A stretch of DNA of 64,000 nt from Pristiophorus japonicus (GCF_044704955.1 NC_091980.1:71610001-71674000), one strand, 5' to 3'; shown: positions 49,520 to 62,240, counted from the first letter of the stretch. Notes: generated by a model from the sequence alone, not told the origin. Translations and numbers: made by a program.

Positions 49520-52500
49520 CACAGTAAATATTATAGATGGGCGCAGAAAATTGCAAAGTGACATCAATAAGCGAGTGGGAAAACTGGCAGGTGGAGTTCA
49601 ATGTAGGGATTGTGAGGTTATCCACTTTGGACCTAAAGATAGATCAGAGTATATTCTAAATGTTAAGTAAGAAACTAAAGGACCACTTTAAAAAAGTGGG
49701 CATTTTTGTTAAATTACTTTTGATTGATGACACCTGGGGCAACCCAGTGTTATCCTGATTGGTCAATAAGGAGTAAGAGATTTAAGAGTCCAAATACAGA
49801 AATCACTAAAAGCTAGTGGACAGGTACTGAAAATAATTTAAAAAGCTAATGGAATCTTGATCTTTATCTCAAGGGGGCTGGAATACAATGTGATGAAACT
49901 TATGTCATAGTAATACAAAGCTCTGGTTAGACCCCATTTAGAGCACTGCATTCAGTACTGGGCACTGCACCGCAGGATATATTGGACTTGGAGTAGAAAA
50001 ATTCAGGGGCTAAAAGGGTTAAATTATGAGGACAGCTGTCATAGACTCGGCTTGTATTACCAATGTTCCCTCTAATTTTTTTGGGGTGCGCTGACCGTTA
50101 AAATTTTTGCACTTGCGTGTTTTTTCCATTCAAAAACCAGGGACCAACCTGCACAGCTTAATGAGAACATTGAGTATAGAAGATTACTATGAGTATAGAA
50201 GATTAATGGTGATCTAATTGAGGTGTTGACGATTAAAGAAGTGGATCAGGTAGATAGAGGGAAACTATTTCCTCTTGTGGGGGAGTCCTGAACAAGGGCG
50301 TAACCATAAAATTAATGCTCAGCCATTCAGGTGAAATGTCAGGAAGTACTTCTTCAAAGAAAGTGTAGTGTAAATCGGAAACATCTCTAAAAAGCTGTTG
50401 AGACTATGTCAATTGAAAATTTTAAAACTGAGATTTTTGTTCGGCAAGGCTAAGGGTTATGGAACCAAAGCGGGTAGATGGAGTTAAGATACAAACCATA
50501 GAATCATAGGATGGTTACAGCACTCGGCCCGTCAAGCCCGTGTTGGCTCTCTGCAAGAGCACTTCAGCTAATCCCACTTCCCCACCCTTTCCTTGAAGCT
50601 CAGCTATTCTTTATCCTTCAGGTACTTATCCAATTCCCTTTTGAATCTGCCTCCACCACCCCTTCAGGAAGTGAATTCCAGATCCGAATCACTCGCTGCG
50701 TACAAAATTTTGTCCTCTTGTCACCTTTGGCTCTTCTGCCAATCACCTTATATCTATGTCCTCTGGTTCTCGACCTCTTCCGCCAATGGGAACAGATTCT
50801 CTCCATCTACTCTGCCAAGACCCCTCATGATTATTAACGCCTCTATCAAATCTCCTCTCAACCTTATCTGTTCTAAGGAGACCAACTCCAGCTTCTCAGG
50901 CCTCTCTAAGGCCTTCACATCCTTCCTAAAGTACGGTGCCCAGAATTGGACACAATACTCTAGTTGAGGTCGAAGCACTATTTTATAAAGGTTCATAATA
51001 ACTTCCTTGCTTTTGTACTCTCTGCCTCTATTTATAAAGCCCAGGATTCTGTATGCTTTTTTAAAAATTGCTTTCTCAACCTGCCCAGCCACCTTCAACG
51101 ATTTGTGCACACATACCCCCTTTCTCTGTTCATGTACCCCCTTTAAAATTGTACCCTTTATTGTCTCTCCTCATTGTTTCTAACAAAATCTATCACTTCA
51201 CATTTTTCTGCGTTAAATTTCATCTGCCACATGTCCACGCATTATACCAGCCTGTCTATGTCTTCCTGAAATCTATCACTATCCTCATCTATATTCACTA
51301 TACTTCCAAATTTTATGTCATCTGCAAAATTTGAAATTGTGCCCTGTACACCGAAGTCCAAGTCATTAATATACATCAAGAAAAGCTGTGGTCCTAGAAC
51401 CGACCCCTGGGGAACACCACTGTATACCTTCCTCCAGTCCAAAAAACAACCTTTCACCACTACTCTGTTCCGTTAATTAGCTAGTTCCATATCCATGCTG
51501 CCAGTCTCTTATTCCATGGGCTTCAACTTTGCTGGCAAGCCTATTATGTGGCATTTTTATCAAATGCCTTTTGGAAATCCATGTACACCACATCAACCGC
51601 ATTGCCCTCATCAACCCTGTGTTACCTCATCAAAAAACTCAATCAAGTTAGTTCAACATGGTTTGCCTTTAATAAATCTGTGCTGGCTTTTCTTCATTAA
51701 TCCATACTTGTCAGTGACTGTTAATATTGTCCAGGATTATCATTTCTAAAAACTTCCCCACTACCGAGGTTAAACTGACTGGGCTGAAATAACTGGGTTT
51801 ATCCTTACACCTTTTTTTGAACAAGGATGTAACATTTGCAATTCTTCAGTCCTCTGGCACCACCTCCATCTCCAAGGAGGATTGGAAGATTATGGACAGT
51901 ACCTCTGCAATTTCTACCTTTACTTCCCTCAGTATCCTAGGATGCATCCCCTCCAGTCCTGGTGCCTTATCTACTTTAAGTACAACCAGCCTTTCTAATA
52001 CCTCATCAATGATTTCAACTACCTTCTCTTTCACTGTAACTTTGGCAGCATCTTTTACCTTGGTAAAGACAGATGCAAAATACTAATTTCGTACCTGAGA
52101 CATGCACCCTGCCTCCATGTATAGGTCTCCATTTTGGTCCCTAATCGGCCCCACCCCTCCTCTTACTACCTGTTTATTATTTATATGTCTATAGAAGACA
52201 TTTGGACTCCCTTTTATGTTAGCTGTCAATCTATTCTCACTCTCTTTGCCCTCATTTCCTTTTTCACGTCCCCTCTGAACTTTGTTTTCAGCCTGGTTCT
52301 CACTTGTATTCTCAACCGGACATCGGTGATACACGCCCTTTTTCTGCTCCCTTGTAGTTTACCTCGACTGTACCCAGACCATCTCCTCTTTAAAGGCCAT
52401 TGTTCGATTAGTTTTGCCTGCTGATCTTTGATTCCAATTTACCTGGGCCAGAACCATTCTCAACCCACTGAAATTGCTTTTCCTCCAATTAAGTATTTTT

Positions 52501-53720
52501 ACTCTAGATTACACCATGTCCTTTTCCATAGCTAGTCTAAACCTTATGATACTGTGATCACTATTCCCTAAATGTTCCCCTACTTACACTTGCTCTACTT
52601 AACCCACCTCATTCCCCAGAACCAGCAATGCCACCTTTTTACCCAGTCAATTAACCTGTCTATATCCCTTTGCAGACTTTGTCCTCCTCAGCTTACTTTC
52701 TCATTTAGCTTTGTATTAGCAAACTTAGATACATTACACTCAGTCCCCTCATTTAACTCACGGATATAGATTGTAAATAGCTGAGGCCGAAGCACTGATT
52801 CTTGCAGCATCCCATTAGTTACAACCCGCCAACCCGAAAATTACCCTTTTATTCCTACTCTCAGTTTTCTGTTATAAGCCACCCCTTATCAAGCCTGCTA
52901 TTTTTTCCCTTCATTACATTAAAACAGTTCCCACATTACAAGTGACTGCACTCCAAAAGTACTTCATTGGCTGTAAAGCGCTTGGAGACATCAGGTGGTC
53001 GTGAAAGGTGCTATATAAATGAAAGTCTTTCTTTCAAAAGACTCAAAATTCATAAAACCATGTTGACTGCCGAATTACAATTTAAGTACCCTGTTAAAAC
53101 ATCCAATAGATTATAGCATTTTCCCCTACGACTGATGTAGGCTAACAGGCTGTTTCCCATTTTCCTTCTCCCTCCTTTTTACAATAGCAGGGTTACATTT
53201 GCTACCTGCCCATCTACGGGGACAGTTCTACAATGTAGGAAATTCTAGATCAAAACCAATCCATCCACTATCTCAGCAGCCGCTTTTTTTAATAAACTCT
53301 AGGATGTAGGCCAGGAGTCCATCTCGTCCAGGGATTTTGTTAGCTTTTAGTCCTATTAATTTCTCCAGTACTTTAAGTTTCTCACTCATTCAACACTGGT
53401 TTCCAACTTATTCCAGCATGTTCGTTGTGACGACATGTTTTTGTATGTTTAATGTCTCTGACATTTCCTTATTCCCCATTATAATTTCTCCTGTCTCAGC
53501 TTCTAAAGGACCCAGGTTTACTTTTGCTAATCTTACTTGTCGAAGCTTACAATTATTTTTTTATATTTCTTGCTAGTTTGCTCATTCTATTTTCTCCTAT
53601 CAATTTTTGGTTATCCTGGGCTGATTTCTGAAACCCTTCCAATCATCAGGCTTACTACTCTTTCGCAACATTGTAAGCCTCTTATTTCAATATAATCCTT
53701 AACTTTTAACCAGGGTGAAC
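49520..53720. mobile_element. Cluster of decayed CR1 fragments (plus ~49520-50490; minus ~50500-52620 and ~52650-53720)
   Basis: [32 protein letters not shown] remnants. Confidence 0.75.
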
Positions 53721-53729
53721 CACCTTTCC

Positions 53730-53990
53730 CTGCGGTGCCCACTGGTACACTTATGGCCTTCCAGGAGTTGGGCGCCAGAGGGACTGGAGTGCATCATCAC
53801 CCCCGGCAACCAAATTTTAATGTCTAAAGTTTAAGTTGTCGGGTTTAGTGCCACCCGCCCCTTTTAAGCCAGGGGGCACTTGTATGTTTCTAGTACCCTA
53901 ATAAAAAGGGGGACACTTGAAAAGTTTTTGGAGTGTGTGTGTCCCCCCCCCACCTTTAATCGGGGGGCACTTGATTACTGATACAACTAA
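53730..53990 (+). mobile_element. Tx1-like LINE 3' tip
   Basis: Reverse-complement similarity to 62835-63110 (GAGGGACTGGAGTGCA, GGCAACCAAATTTTAAT, GGGGGCACTTG). Confidence 0.7.
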
Positions 53991-54363
53991 AATAGTTGAA
54001 CCACTTATCCCATGGAGTTGAAATAGTGTGCTACAATAGTAGGAATCAACTTAAAAGTGGCTACTTTGGCAACTATACAGATAGTTGTAGCATAATATTA
54101 AGAGATAGAACTAGTAAGTGCATGTGTAGTTTGATCACACTTTCACATATGTAAACTGAAGTCTCTACTGTTATATTTGTACAAATTAGGCATTTGCAGA
54201 TGATGACCACCTGGCAGAAGTGCTTTTAAAACTTGTTTCACCAACACAACTTTTTGAAAACAAATTAGCAATTAACAACTAGAATAATTGTATGTTTCCC
54301 CTTCCAATTCCATGGTTTGTGATCGCCACAATAGTCATAAAAAGACCAGAATGATTTTATATT

Positions 54364-54369
54364 TTTATT
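54364..54369 (-). terminator. Candidate polyadenylation signal of dck2 (3'UTR ~1.4 kb)
   Basis: AATAAA on the minus strand followed by U/GU-rich sequence; no transcript evidence. Confidence 0.45.
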
Positions 54370-55797
54370 GAAAAATAAATGAAAAAACAAATACAATTAT
54401 GGATTTGAAAGCAAATACAATGGATTTGAATTCTACTGAGAACAAAGACAAACAAAAAATGCAGTTGGAAAAACTACAAAAAACCCCAATACATTATATA
54501 GATCTATAATTCATATCTATTTACATTATTCAAACAATCTACATGGGAGTAGTTTCGTCACTGCACTCCTGCCTGCGTAAGTAGAAATTGTAAGAGTACC
54601 ACTTTGAAAGGGATATTATATTAAAATGTTGTGGTTGCAAACAACAAGAAACACACTACAAAATGTTAAACCCAAGCCACAGAATGATGCTTTGCAAAGA
54701 AAGGTGGAGAGGATTGCATAATACATCTCCCAAAATACAGAAAAGTCCTTTTATCTCATCATGAGAAAAATTGACTTAAAAGCAGAAATCTGGAAATGTG
54801 AAACAGAATACTGGCAATACATAGCAGGGCGGTGAAGAGGGATAAAAGTTAACATTTCGGATTACATACTTTCATCAAAACTGAATTTTTTGTTTGTTCA
54901 TGAGGGGGAAATATTGGTGGGTTAAACTAACCTGCTTAAAAAAAAAAGATGGCTGGATATCTGAATTGATCTATACATAAAGACAACTGATAATTAGGGA
55001 AACAAATGATAGTTAAAGCAGTGGGAGGAACTCAAGGAATGCAAGAGAAGATGGGAGATATTAAAAGCCTGCAGATCAGATCTGAAATTAAAACACGAGA
55101 AGTCAGCAAGGAATGGGGGCCTATGCCCCTGGCGAGTAATAACATGGCACCTTTCCCTATGAAAGATCAATTTCCAAAGAGACAGTATTGGTCGAGCTCA
55201 GTTGGTAGCAGTCTGTTTATTCAAATCCCAAAGTTGCGCACATAATCTAGGCCAACGATTCCGTGGAGCACTGAGGGGTGCTGACTTTCACAGGGGCTAT
55301 CCTTCAGAAGAGATGCTCCACCAGATTTTTCTGATCATTCATTGATTTGCCATTTATGGCAGTTTGATAGGCACAATATCATTTTACAATTCATTCAGTT
55401 GCTCGCACCAGTTCACCAACATAGAAGCACAGCAGGCTGTGGTGTATGTGGGACCATTTCATTGCTATCTTAGCCATATCATTGCAGGAGGTTGGGATTG
55501 TTAGCATCATCCTTGGATAGAGAATAGTAATCATGACAACTTAGTCAATGCAGTATGGATGAGGGAAGATCTTAAAAAAGCAAATACAATATACCTGCAA
55601 GACAGAATGCAGATCTGCTTGCATAACAAATTAGGTATCATGACATGTAACTGTAGTTACTCTTGCATTCTGGCCAAAGCATTAAAGATTTAAGAAAAAT
55701 ATATTCTTCAAATAGTTATTTGCTTCTTGTTCCACAGGGCAGATAAAATTCAGTGTAACAAAACATCAGGTCAAAGTTTGTCATCAGCTCCGTTGTA

Positions 55798-55824
55798 CTA
55801 TAAAGTCTGCAAGAATGCCTTCAC
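55798..55824 (-). CDS. dck2: dCK2-like exon 7, coding part (27 nt, VKAFLQTL-stop)
   Basis: ttgttcacAG acceptor then GTG AAG GCA TTC TTG CAG ACT TTA TAG; spliced CDS totals 795 nt = 264 aa + stop. Confidence 0.9.
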   Translation of the reverse strand: MKAFLQTL

Positions 55825-56329
55825 CTGTGAACAAGGTAACATTTTGGTGTTACTTGCTGCTATACATGACCTGCTTAACAAATAAACATTTAGTAGCAAG
55901 ATTAAATCAAGAATAAGTTGCATAAATTTTGAAAGTTAACATTAAAACACTCAAGCAATTAGATTGTAGAACCTGCTCAAAAATTTTTTGCAAGTGTTCA
56001 GAAAAGCTCATTATTTAAACCAGGTTTGTTCCTTTACTAAATTTCTGTTTTTAGATCAAAAGTTCATGAACATCCCAAAAAACACAATTCTATAGGAGAC
56101 AGGACCAGACAGGCAAACTTTAATAAATTATTGCTACATCATGCATCTCAAGACTAAGTTTTATTTCTTTACTGATTCCCCTTCCTCTGTGTTTCACATG
56201 GTGTTGAATCTTCCTGGGATACAACTCCATAGGTAAGCTCTGTTACCTCATCTAATTAGCCATTCTCTAGATTGTGGAGTCTGGATGAGAAATGGAACTC
56301 ATGAAAGAGAAATTTAGCTTAAAGTTTAC

Positions 56330-56429
56330 CTTTTCTAGAATGTCCTCTTGTTTAATCTGGTCATCTTTAAAATCTTCATTGACATCTAGTACCAGAATAG
56401 GGATGTCCTTCAAGTATTCAAAGTCAAGC
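56330..56429 (-). CDS. dck2: dCK2-like exon 6 (100 nt)
   Basis: [33 protein letters not shown]; CAG acceptor, GTAAA donor; frame consistent with exon 5. Confidence 0.93.
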
Positions 56430-56489
56430 CTGAAATAGGACAACAAATTATTATAGAACAGACATTTTTTGATTTGGGGGTGGGGGCGG

Positions 56490-58618
56490 AGAAACATAGA
56501 CATAGAAAATAGGAGCAGGAGTATGCCATTCGGCCCTTCTAGCCTGCACCGCCATTCAATGAGTTCATGGCTAAACATGCAACTTCAGTACCCCATTCCT
56601 GCTTTCTCGCCATACCCCTTGATCCCCCGAGTAGTAAGGACTTCATCTAACTCCTTTTTGAATATATTTAGTGAATTGGCCTCAACAATTTTCTGTGGTA
56701 GAGAATTCCACAGGTTCACCACTCTGGGTGAAGAAGTTTCTCCTCATCTCGGTCCTAAATGGCTTACCCCTTATCCTTAGACTGTGACCCTGGTTCTGGA
56801 CTTCCCCAACATTGGGAACATTCTTCCTGCAACTAACCTGTCTAACCCCGTCAGAATTTTAAACGTTTCTATGAGGTCCCCGCTCATTCTTCTGAACTCC
56901 AGTGAATACAAGCCCAGTTGATCCAGTCTTTCTTGATAGGTCAGTCCCACCATCCCGGGAATCAGTCTGGTGAACCTTCGCTGCACTCCCTCAATAGCAA
57001 GAATGTCCTTCTTCAGGTTAGGAGACCAAAACTGTACACAATACTCCAGGTGTGGCCTCACCAAGGCCCTGTACAACTGTAGCAACACCTCCCTGCCCCT
57101 GTACTCAAATCCCCTCGCTATGAAGGCCAACATGCCATTTGCTTTCTTAACCGCCTGCTGCACCTGCATGCCAACCTTCAATGACTGATGTACCATGACA
57201 CCCAGGTCTCGTTGCACCTCCCCTTTTCCTAATCTGTCACCATTCAGATAATAGTCTGTCTCTCTGTTTTTACCACCAAAATGGATAACCTCACATTTAT
57301 CCACATTATACTTCATCTGCCATGCATTTGCCCACTCACCTAACCTATCCAAGTCGCTCTGCAGCCTCATAGCATCCTCCTCGCAGCTCACACTGCCACC
57401 CAACTTAGTGTCATCCGCAAATTTGGAGATACTACCTTTAATCCCCTCATCTAAATCATTAATATACAGTGTAAACAGCTGGGGCCCCAGCACAGAACCT
57501 TGCGGTACCCCACTAGTCACTGCTTGCCATTCTGAAAAGTCCCCATTTACTCCGACTCTTTGCTTTCTGTCTGACAACCAGTTCTCAATCCATGTCAGCA
57601 CACTACCCCCAATCCCATGTGCTTTAACTTTGCACATTAATCTCTTGTGTGGGACCTTGTCGAACGCCTTCTGAAAGTCCAAATATACCACATCAACTGG
57701 TTCTTCTTTGTCCACTCTACTGGAAACATCCTCAAAAAATTCCAGAAGATTTGTCAAGCATGATTTCCCGTTCACAAATGCATGCTGACTTGGATCTATC
57801 ATGTCACCTCTTTCCAAATGCACTGCTATGACATCCTTAATAATTGATTCCATCATTTTACCCACTACCGATGTCAGGCTGACCGGTCTATAATTCCCTG
57901 TTTTCTCTCTCCCTCCTTTTTTAAAAAGTGGGGTTATATTGGCTACCTTCCACTCCATAGGAACTGATCCAGAGTCAATGGAATGTTGGAAAATGACTGT
58001 CAATGCATCCGCTATTTCCAAGGCCACCTCCTTAAGTACTCTGGGATGCAGTCCATCAGGCCCTGGGGATTTATCGGCCTTCAATCCCATCAATTTTCCC
58101 AACACAATTTGCCGACTAATAAGGATTTCCCTCAGTTCCTCCTCCTTATTAGACCCTCCGACACCTTTTATATCCGGAAGGTTGTTTGTGTCCTCCTTAG
58201 TGAATACCGAACCAAAGTACTTGTTCAATTGGTCCGCCATTTCTTTGTTCCCCGTTATGACTTCCCCTGATTCTGACTGCAGGGGACCTACGTTTGTCTT
58301 TACTAACCTTTTTCTCTTTACATATCTATAGAAACTTTTGCCATCCGTCTTAATGTTCTCTGCAAGCTTCTTCTCGTACTCCATTTTCCCTGCCCTAATC
58401 AAACCTTTTGTCCTCCTCTGCTGAGTTCTAAATTTCTCCCAGTCCCCGGGTTCGCTGCTATTTCTGGCCAATTTGTATGCCACTTCCTTGGCTTTAATAC
58501 TATCCCTGATTTCCCTTGATAGCCACGGTTGAGCCACCTTCCCTTTTTTATTTTTACGCCAGACAGGAATGTACAATTGTTGTAGTTCATCCATGCGGTC
58601 TCTAAATGTCTGCCATTG
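56490..58618 (-). mobile_element. Young 5'-truncated CR1 in dck2 intron 5
   Basis: ORF 56777-58711 nearly identical to 13654-15753; 1-bp deletion near 56790. Confidence 0.95.
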
Positions 58619-58750
58619 AAATTGAATTACTACAAAATATAATCCACTCTTGAATAATGCTCCTTCCATCCAGATTGTGGAAATGTTAGATACCAGTTCC
58701 TGAAAGGACAAAGTTTTAATTTATAATAAATTTAAATAGATCCCACTTAC

Positions 58751-58866
58751 CTCATTGTTCGGCTGTGAAGCCAAGATTCATGTTTGTAATGCAAGTTTTC
58801 TAGGTACTCCATCTCAATCCCTTGCTCCTCCTCCCGACCCCTCAGATGAAGCCGCTCCATACATTT
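58751..58866 (-). CDS. dck2: dCK2-like exon 5 (116 nt)
   Basis: [39 protein letters not shown] with lid motif RxxxRGRxEE; TAG acceptor, GTAAGT donor. Confidence 0.95.
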
Positions 58867-58975
58867 CTAGCAAAGAACAAATGATGAAGATTTCAACCAC
58901 TACTGGAAAGTAGTACAGTATTGGATACAAAAAAAAAAATGAAGGATAAAAACAAGAAAGTCACTAATTACTTAC

Positions 58976-59123
58976 TTCAGGGGATGCTCGGAGATAGATC
59001 ATGGCATCCAACTCAATTTGTGAACCAAATTGGTTTAATATCCAAGCATGCCAATCTTGGTAAATGGACCATTCTGTTTCATTAAGGTTTCCAGATTCAA
59101 ACAAATTTGAGGCAAATATATAC
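58976..59123 (-). CDS. dck2: dCK2-like exon 4 (148 nt)
   Basis: [49 protein letters not shown]; CAG acceptor, GTAAGT donor. Confidence 0.95.
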
Positions 59124-59324
59124 CTGTTTGGAGAGGAAAAGCTAGTAAGCACTGCAATTTCACAGCTTAAATGGTTATTGCTAAAACTATCAGACTAATA
59201 GACACATGCAATCAATTTATAATTTTATAAAAAGGAACCCATGTTTACACAAAATAATGTAACTTGGCTAGCTTTAGATCACCTACCCAGAAAGAGGTTA
59301 CAACACTAGAAGTGTGTGTCTCAC

Positions 59325-59518
59325 CTGTCACTGTATACAGATCTCTCAAAGAACTGCACAGGATGTTCTGCCTCCCGAATTTTGGAGGCGAATGGTTTAA
59401 GCTGTGCCCGAACTCTACTCAGGCAAGCATAGGTTTGAAATGTGTATGCCCATCTACTTGGCTTGTCATAGAGCATCTGGAGGAGATTGCCACCACTCTT
59501 TTGAGATGTTGAAAGTTC
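59325..59518 (-). CDS. dck2: dCK2-like exon 3 (194 nt), not called in the ORF track
   Basis: Hand translation [65 protein letters not shown]; AG acceptor, GTGAG donor. Confidence 0.95.
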
Positions 59519-60008
59519 CTTTTAGGAAAATCAAAACCAAAAATAAGTTAGAGAACCTTTACCAAAAATTCATGCCACAAATCCTAAGTAATTCAACCCA
59601 ACCAATAGTGCTGCATAGTAAAGGCAACTTGAATACCAGTCTCACAACCAGACAACAATCTCGATCAGAGACATTGACATTAACAATAGAGGAACTTGCA
59701 ACCTAGTCATTTCAACTAGCAGAGATGGGAAGGAAGCACAGCACCGGTTGCAAGGAGACACTGAAAATACAGTATAGATTTTTGCCCAAAATTGTTGGAG
59801 CAGGAACAACTATTTCAGAAAACTTTGAAGGCAGAAGGTGAAAACACATCTGACCATTTACTGTGACTACCCCTCACTCCAATTTCTTAACTGCAGCTTA
59901 TTTTCCTCAAGGGTTGGAGAACCGTGTCTATAAAAAAATTACATTTCCAATAATCATCATTTAATCAAGAGTTGAGACAATATTTTGAATTTCATCTTGG
60001 TTAAATAC

Positions 60009-60124
60009 CTGGAATTCATTTTCAGTTGTTTGTACATTACACCATTTTGCAATGGGTTCAGGAACAACTTCCCATTCGTCACTGGCTCTTTCCAACATAC
60101 GAACAAAAGTAGATTTCCCTGCAG
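60009..60124 (-). CDS. dck2: dCK2-like exon 2 (116 nt)
   Basis: AG/GT bounded; [39 protein letters not shown] completes the P-loop GNIAAGKST and carries the catalytic Glu (PEP). Confidence 0.95.
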
Positions 60125-60207
60125 CTATTAAAATATAATAGATAAATTCCAAATGAATAACTTTCCACTTAAAAAGTAAAAGCCTCATCACAATCGTTTA
60201 ATTCCAG

Positions 60208-60831
60208 TGGCCCGGCATCTGTGGCCAGGATGGCGGCGAACTGACGGTGCTCACCATCATTCCACCTCTGAAACGGTTTGTTGTTGGCGCATGATGCGGA
60301 AATCCCGACGTTCTGGTCTGACAATGACAGCTCCGAAACTGGAGCCCCCGCCCGGCGGGCAACCCAGCGCCGGCAATCAGTGAAATGTCGTAAATCACTG
60401 AAACGGACGGAAACTTTGGCTCTTCCGCAGTAAGCACGCTGTTGAATTCCCACTACAAGTTAGGCCAAAGGGATTAGGTGCAACTGGGCTTTTAACTGGA
60501 CTGTTAAACAAATGTTGAGGGCCTGAAAAAATAATCTTGTGCAGTGAGAAATTTGTGCATTTGCTAAAAATGTAAGAAACTTTAAAAAAAAACGTTCATT
60601 TTTTAAGTTTGTCCATCTTTATTTCAGGTTTACATTTTCCCCATGCGAGAACCCCAATTTTTCTTTTCTAAACTATTTTTTTAAGTTATAATTTTACGGG
60701 CTTATTCCCTTGTTCGGTTGAATGGAATTGAAAGTCGGAAAACCCCAGGTTCTCGACACGGATCGCCAGATCCTTGTGCGGAGCCAGCAGCGAATGCCTT
60801 CGTTTTGCTGCTGACCGCAAATTCTGGGCCA
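60208..60831. mobile_element. Probable MITE in dck2 intron 1
   Basis: Imperfect TIR GGCCCGGCATCTGTGGCCAG / CTGACCGCAAATTCTGGGCC (15 of 20); no clear TSD. Confidence 0.55.
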
Positions 60832-61968
60832 TATTAGCGAACAGCTGATGAAAATGTATATTAAGCCAAGGGATGTAAATTAAATACATTTACATGTCAG
60901 CAAGGTTTTTAACAATACACATTTGGATCCCTAAATTCCAGATACAGCCACTTATTCACTGGGCAAATGAGCAACCGAGACAAACAAGGATGAGGAAACT
61001 GCAGTGTCAATGGGACCAAAAATGCGCGTAAATTCCCCTCCCCCCAATCCATCCTCCTATCTATAGACGCCTTCACAAATAAGTTAGCCGATTTCCGAAA
61101 AAAAAACATAAATTTAGGGTGCAGTTATAATGCCAATACAGAACAGTCTGCAGTACAACTCAGAAGGCAGACTCCAACTAACTCCCAAGCAACCTGCAGG
61201 AGAAGCGTTGTGCACTGCAGTTAAGTCTGAAGAATGCATGCCATTCATCAGACTGTTCGGAGAAATTAGCCAACAGGTAGGAAGCTTAAAATATACCTTC
61301 AGTTGAAGACACTTAGTCACTTGTTCGTGAGGGGTTATTTTAAAGGAAAATTCAAATTTGCACTTAATAGTACTGTGTGCCTGGGCGTCAGAATAATCAA
61401 TTGCTAAGGGCGAAAGTTGTATAAAATTACAAAAACAAATTATTTAACATAGCAAGCTATTTCATAGCATAACATGGAGGAAGATTTGACAATTCTGCCT
61501 GTGTCGAAATGAAAACCCCATTCCCGGAACTGACAGCGGAAGATTTCCCGCGCGATTGATCAAGCGGCTGAGAGTTTGAACACTGCCACGAAATACTAAA
61601 TACTAAACCCAGAATTGCCGCAATCAATCCAATTGTAATGCTTCAGAATTATATTTGAGGAAACACTCAAAACCTTCCTCTTGAGGTTTATAGACAAAAC
61701 TATAGGAACCATCAGCCCGCCAAAAACACATGGCGCCAATTTCGCTTCTTAATCCAGTTTAAAAAAAATCTAAATCAGTAAAAATACCAATGAGCCAACA
61801 TTTGCATTTTCTGCTCAGACCCAGCAATGAGCATTTGGAGTCCAATCCATACATTATATTTTAAAGCTGTACAACCATCAGGTTTGTATTTTCTGTTCAG
61901 ACCTAACAATACTCATTCGGGGTCCAATCCAGAAAGTTTTTTTAAAGGCAATAAATATATTCACTCAC

Positions 61969-62062
61969 CAATGTTTCCTTCGATTGAAATCTTCCTCGCT
62001 CTCTTTTCAAAGCTGTCGTTGAAATCGGGACTGCTGCACATTCTTTTCGGAGGGGTGGCCAT
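61969..62062 (-). CDS. dck2: Deoxycytidine kinase 2-like, coding exon 1 (94 nt)
   Basis: Kozak gaccATGg; [31 protein letters not shown]; phase-1 donor GTGAGT at 61968-61963. Confidence 0.93.
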
Positions 62063-62240
62063 GGTCTTTTGTGAGTGATTCCGCAGCCTCTTGTTCACGG
62101 CACTGGGAAGGTTTGAAAGTGGCGGGCTCGGGTTCAGACTGGGCTCGCATTTGTACCTCGGCAAGGCGGTGCCTCTCCTGGCCGCGCCTCCCTGATAGCG
62201 TAACTATGTCCAAGTGCGGAAGCACAATTTCACGGACAGT
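62063..62240 (-). promoter_or_regulatory. dck2 5'UTR / CpG-rich proximal promoter
   Basis: GC/CpG-enriched segment directly upstream of the ATG, bounded by a SINE tail at ~62245. Confidence 0.55.

Noticed and set aside
487-58331. Recurrent antisense ORFs (MSSANLEIL.., MNLRCTPS.., MA.LHSI..)
   Set aside because: Reverse-frame shadows of CR1 ORF2, repeated with each copy
56777-58711. 644-aa ORF as a dck2-RT fusion or domesticated gene
   Set aside because: The N-terminal ~30 aa is chance intron read-through from a non-ATG start; the rest is a truncated, frameshifted CR1 ORF2
61961-62164. N-terminally extended dCK2 (possible targeting peptide)
   Set aside because: The upstream start is not ATG; the ATG at 62062 has a strong Kozak context and matches the family N-terminus
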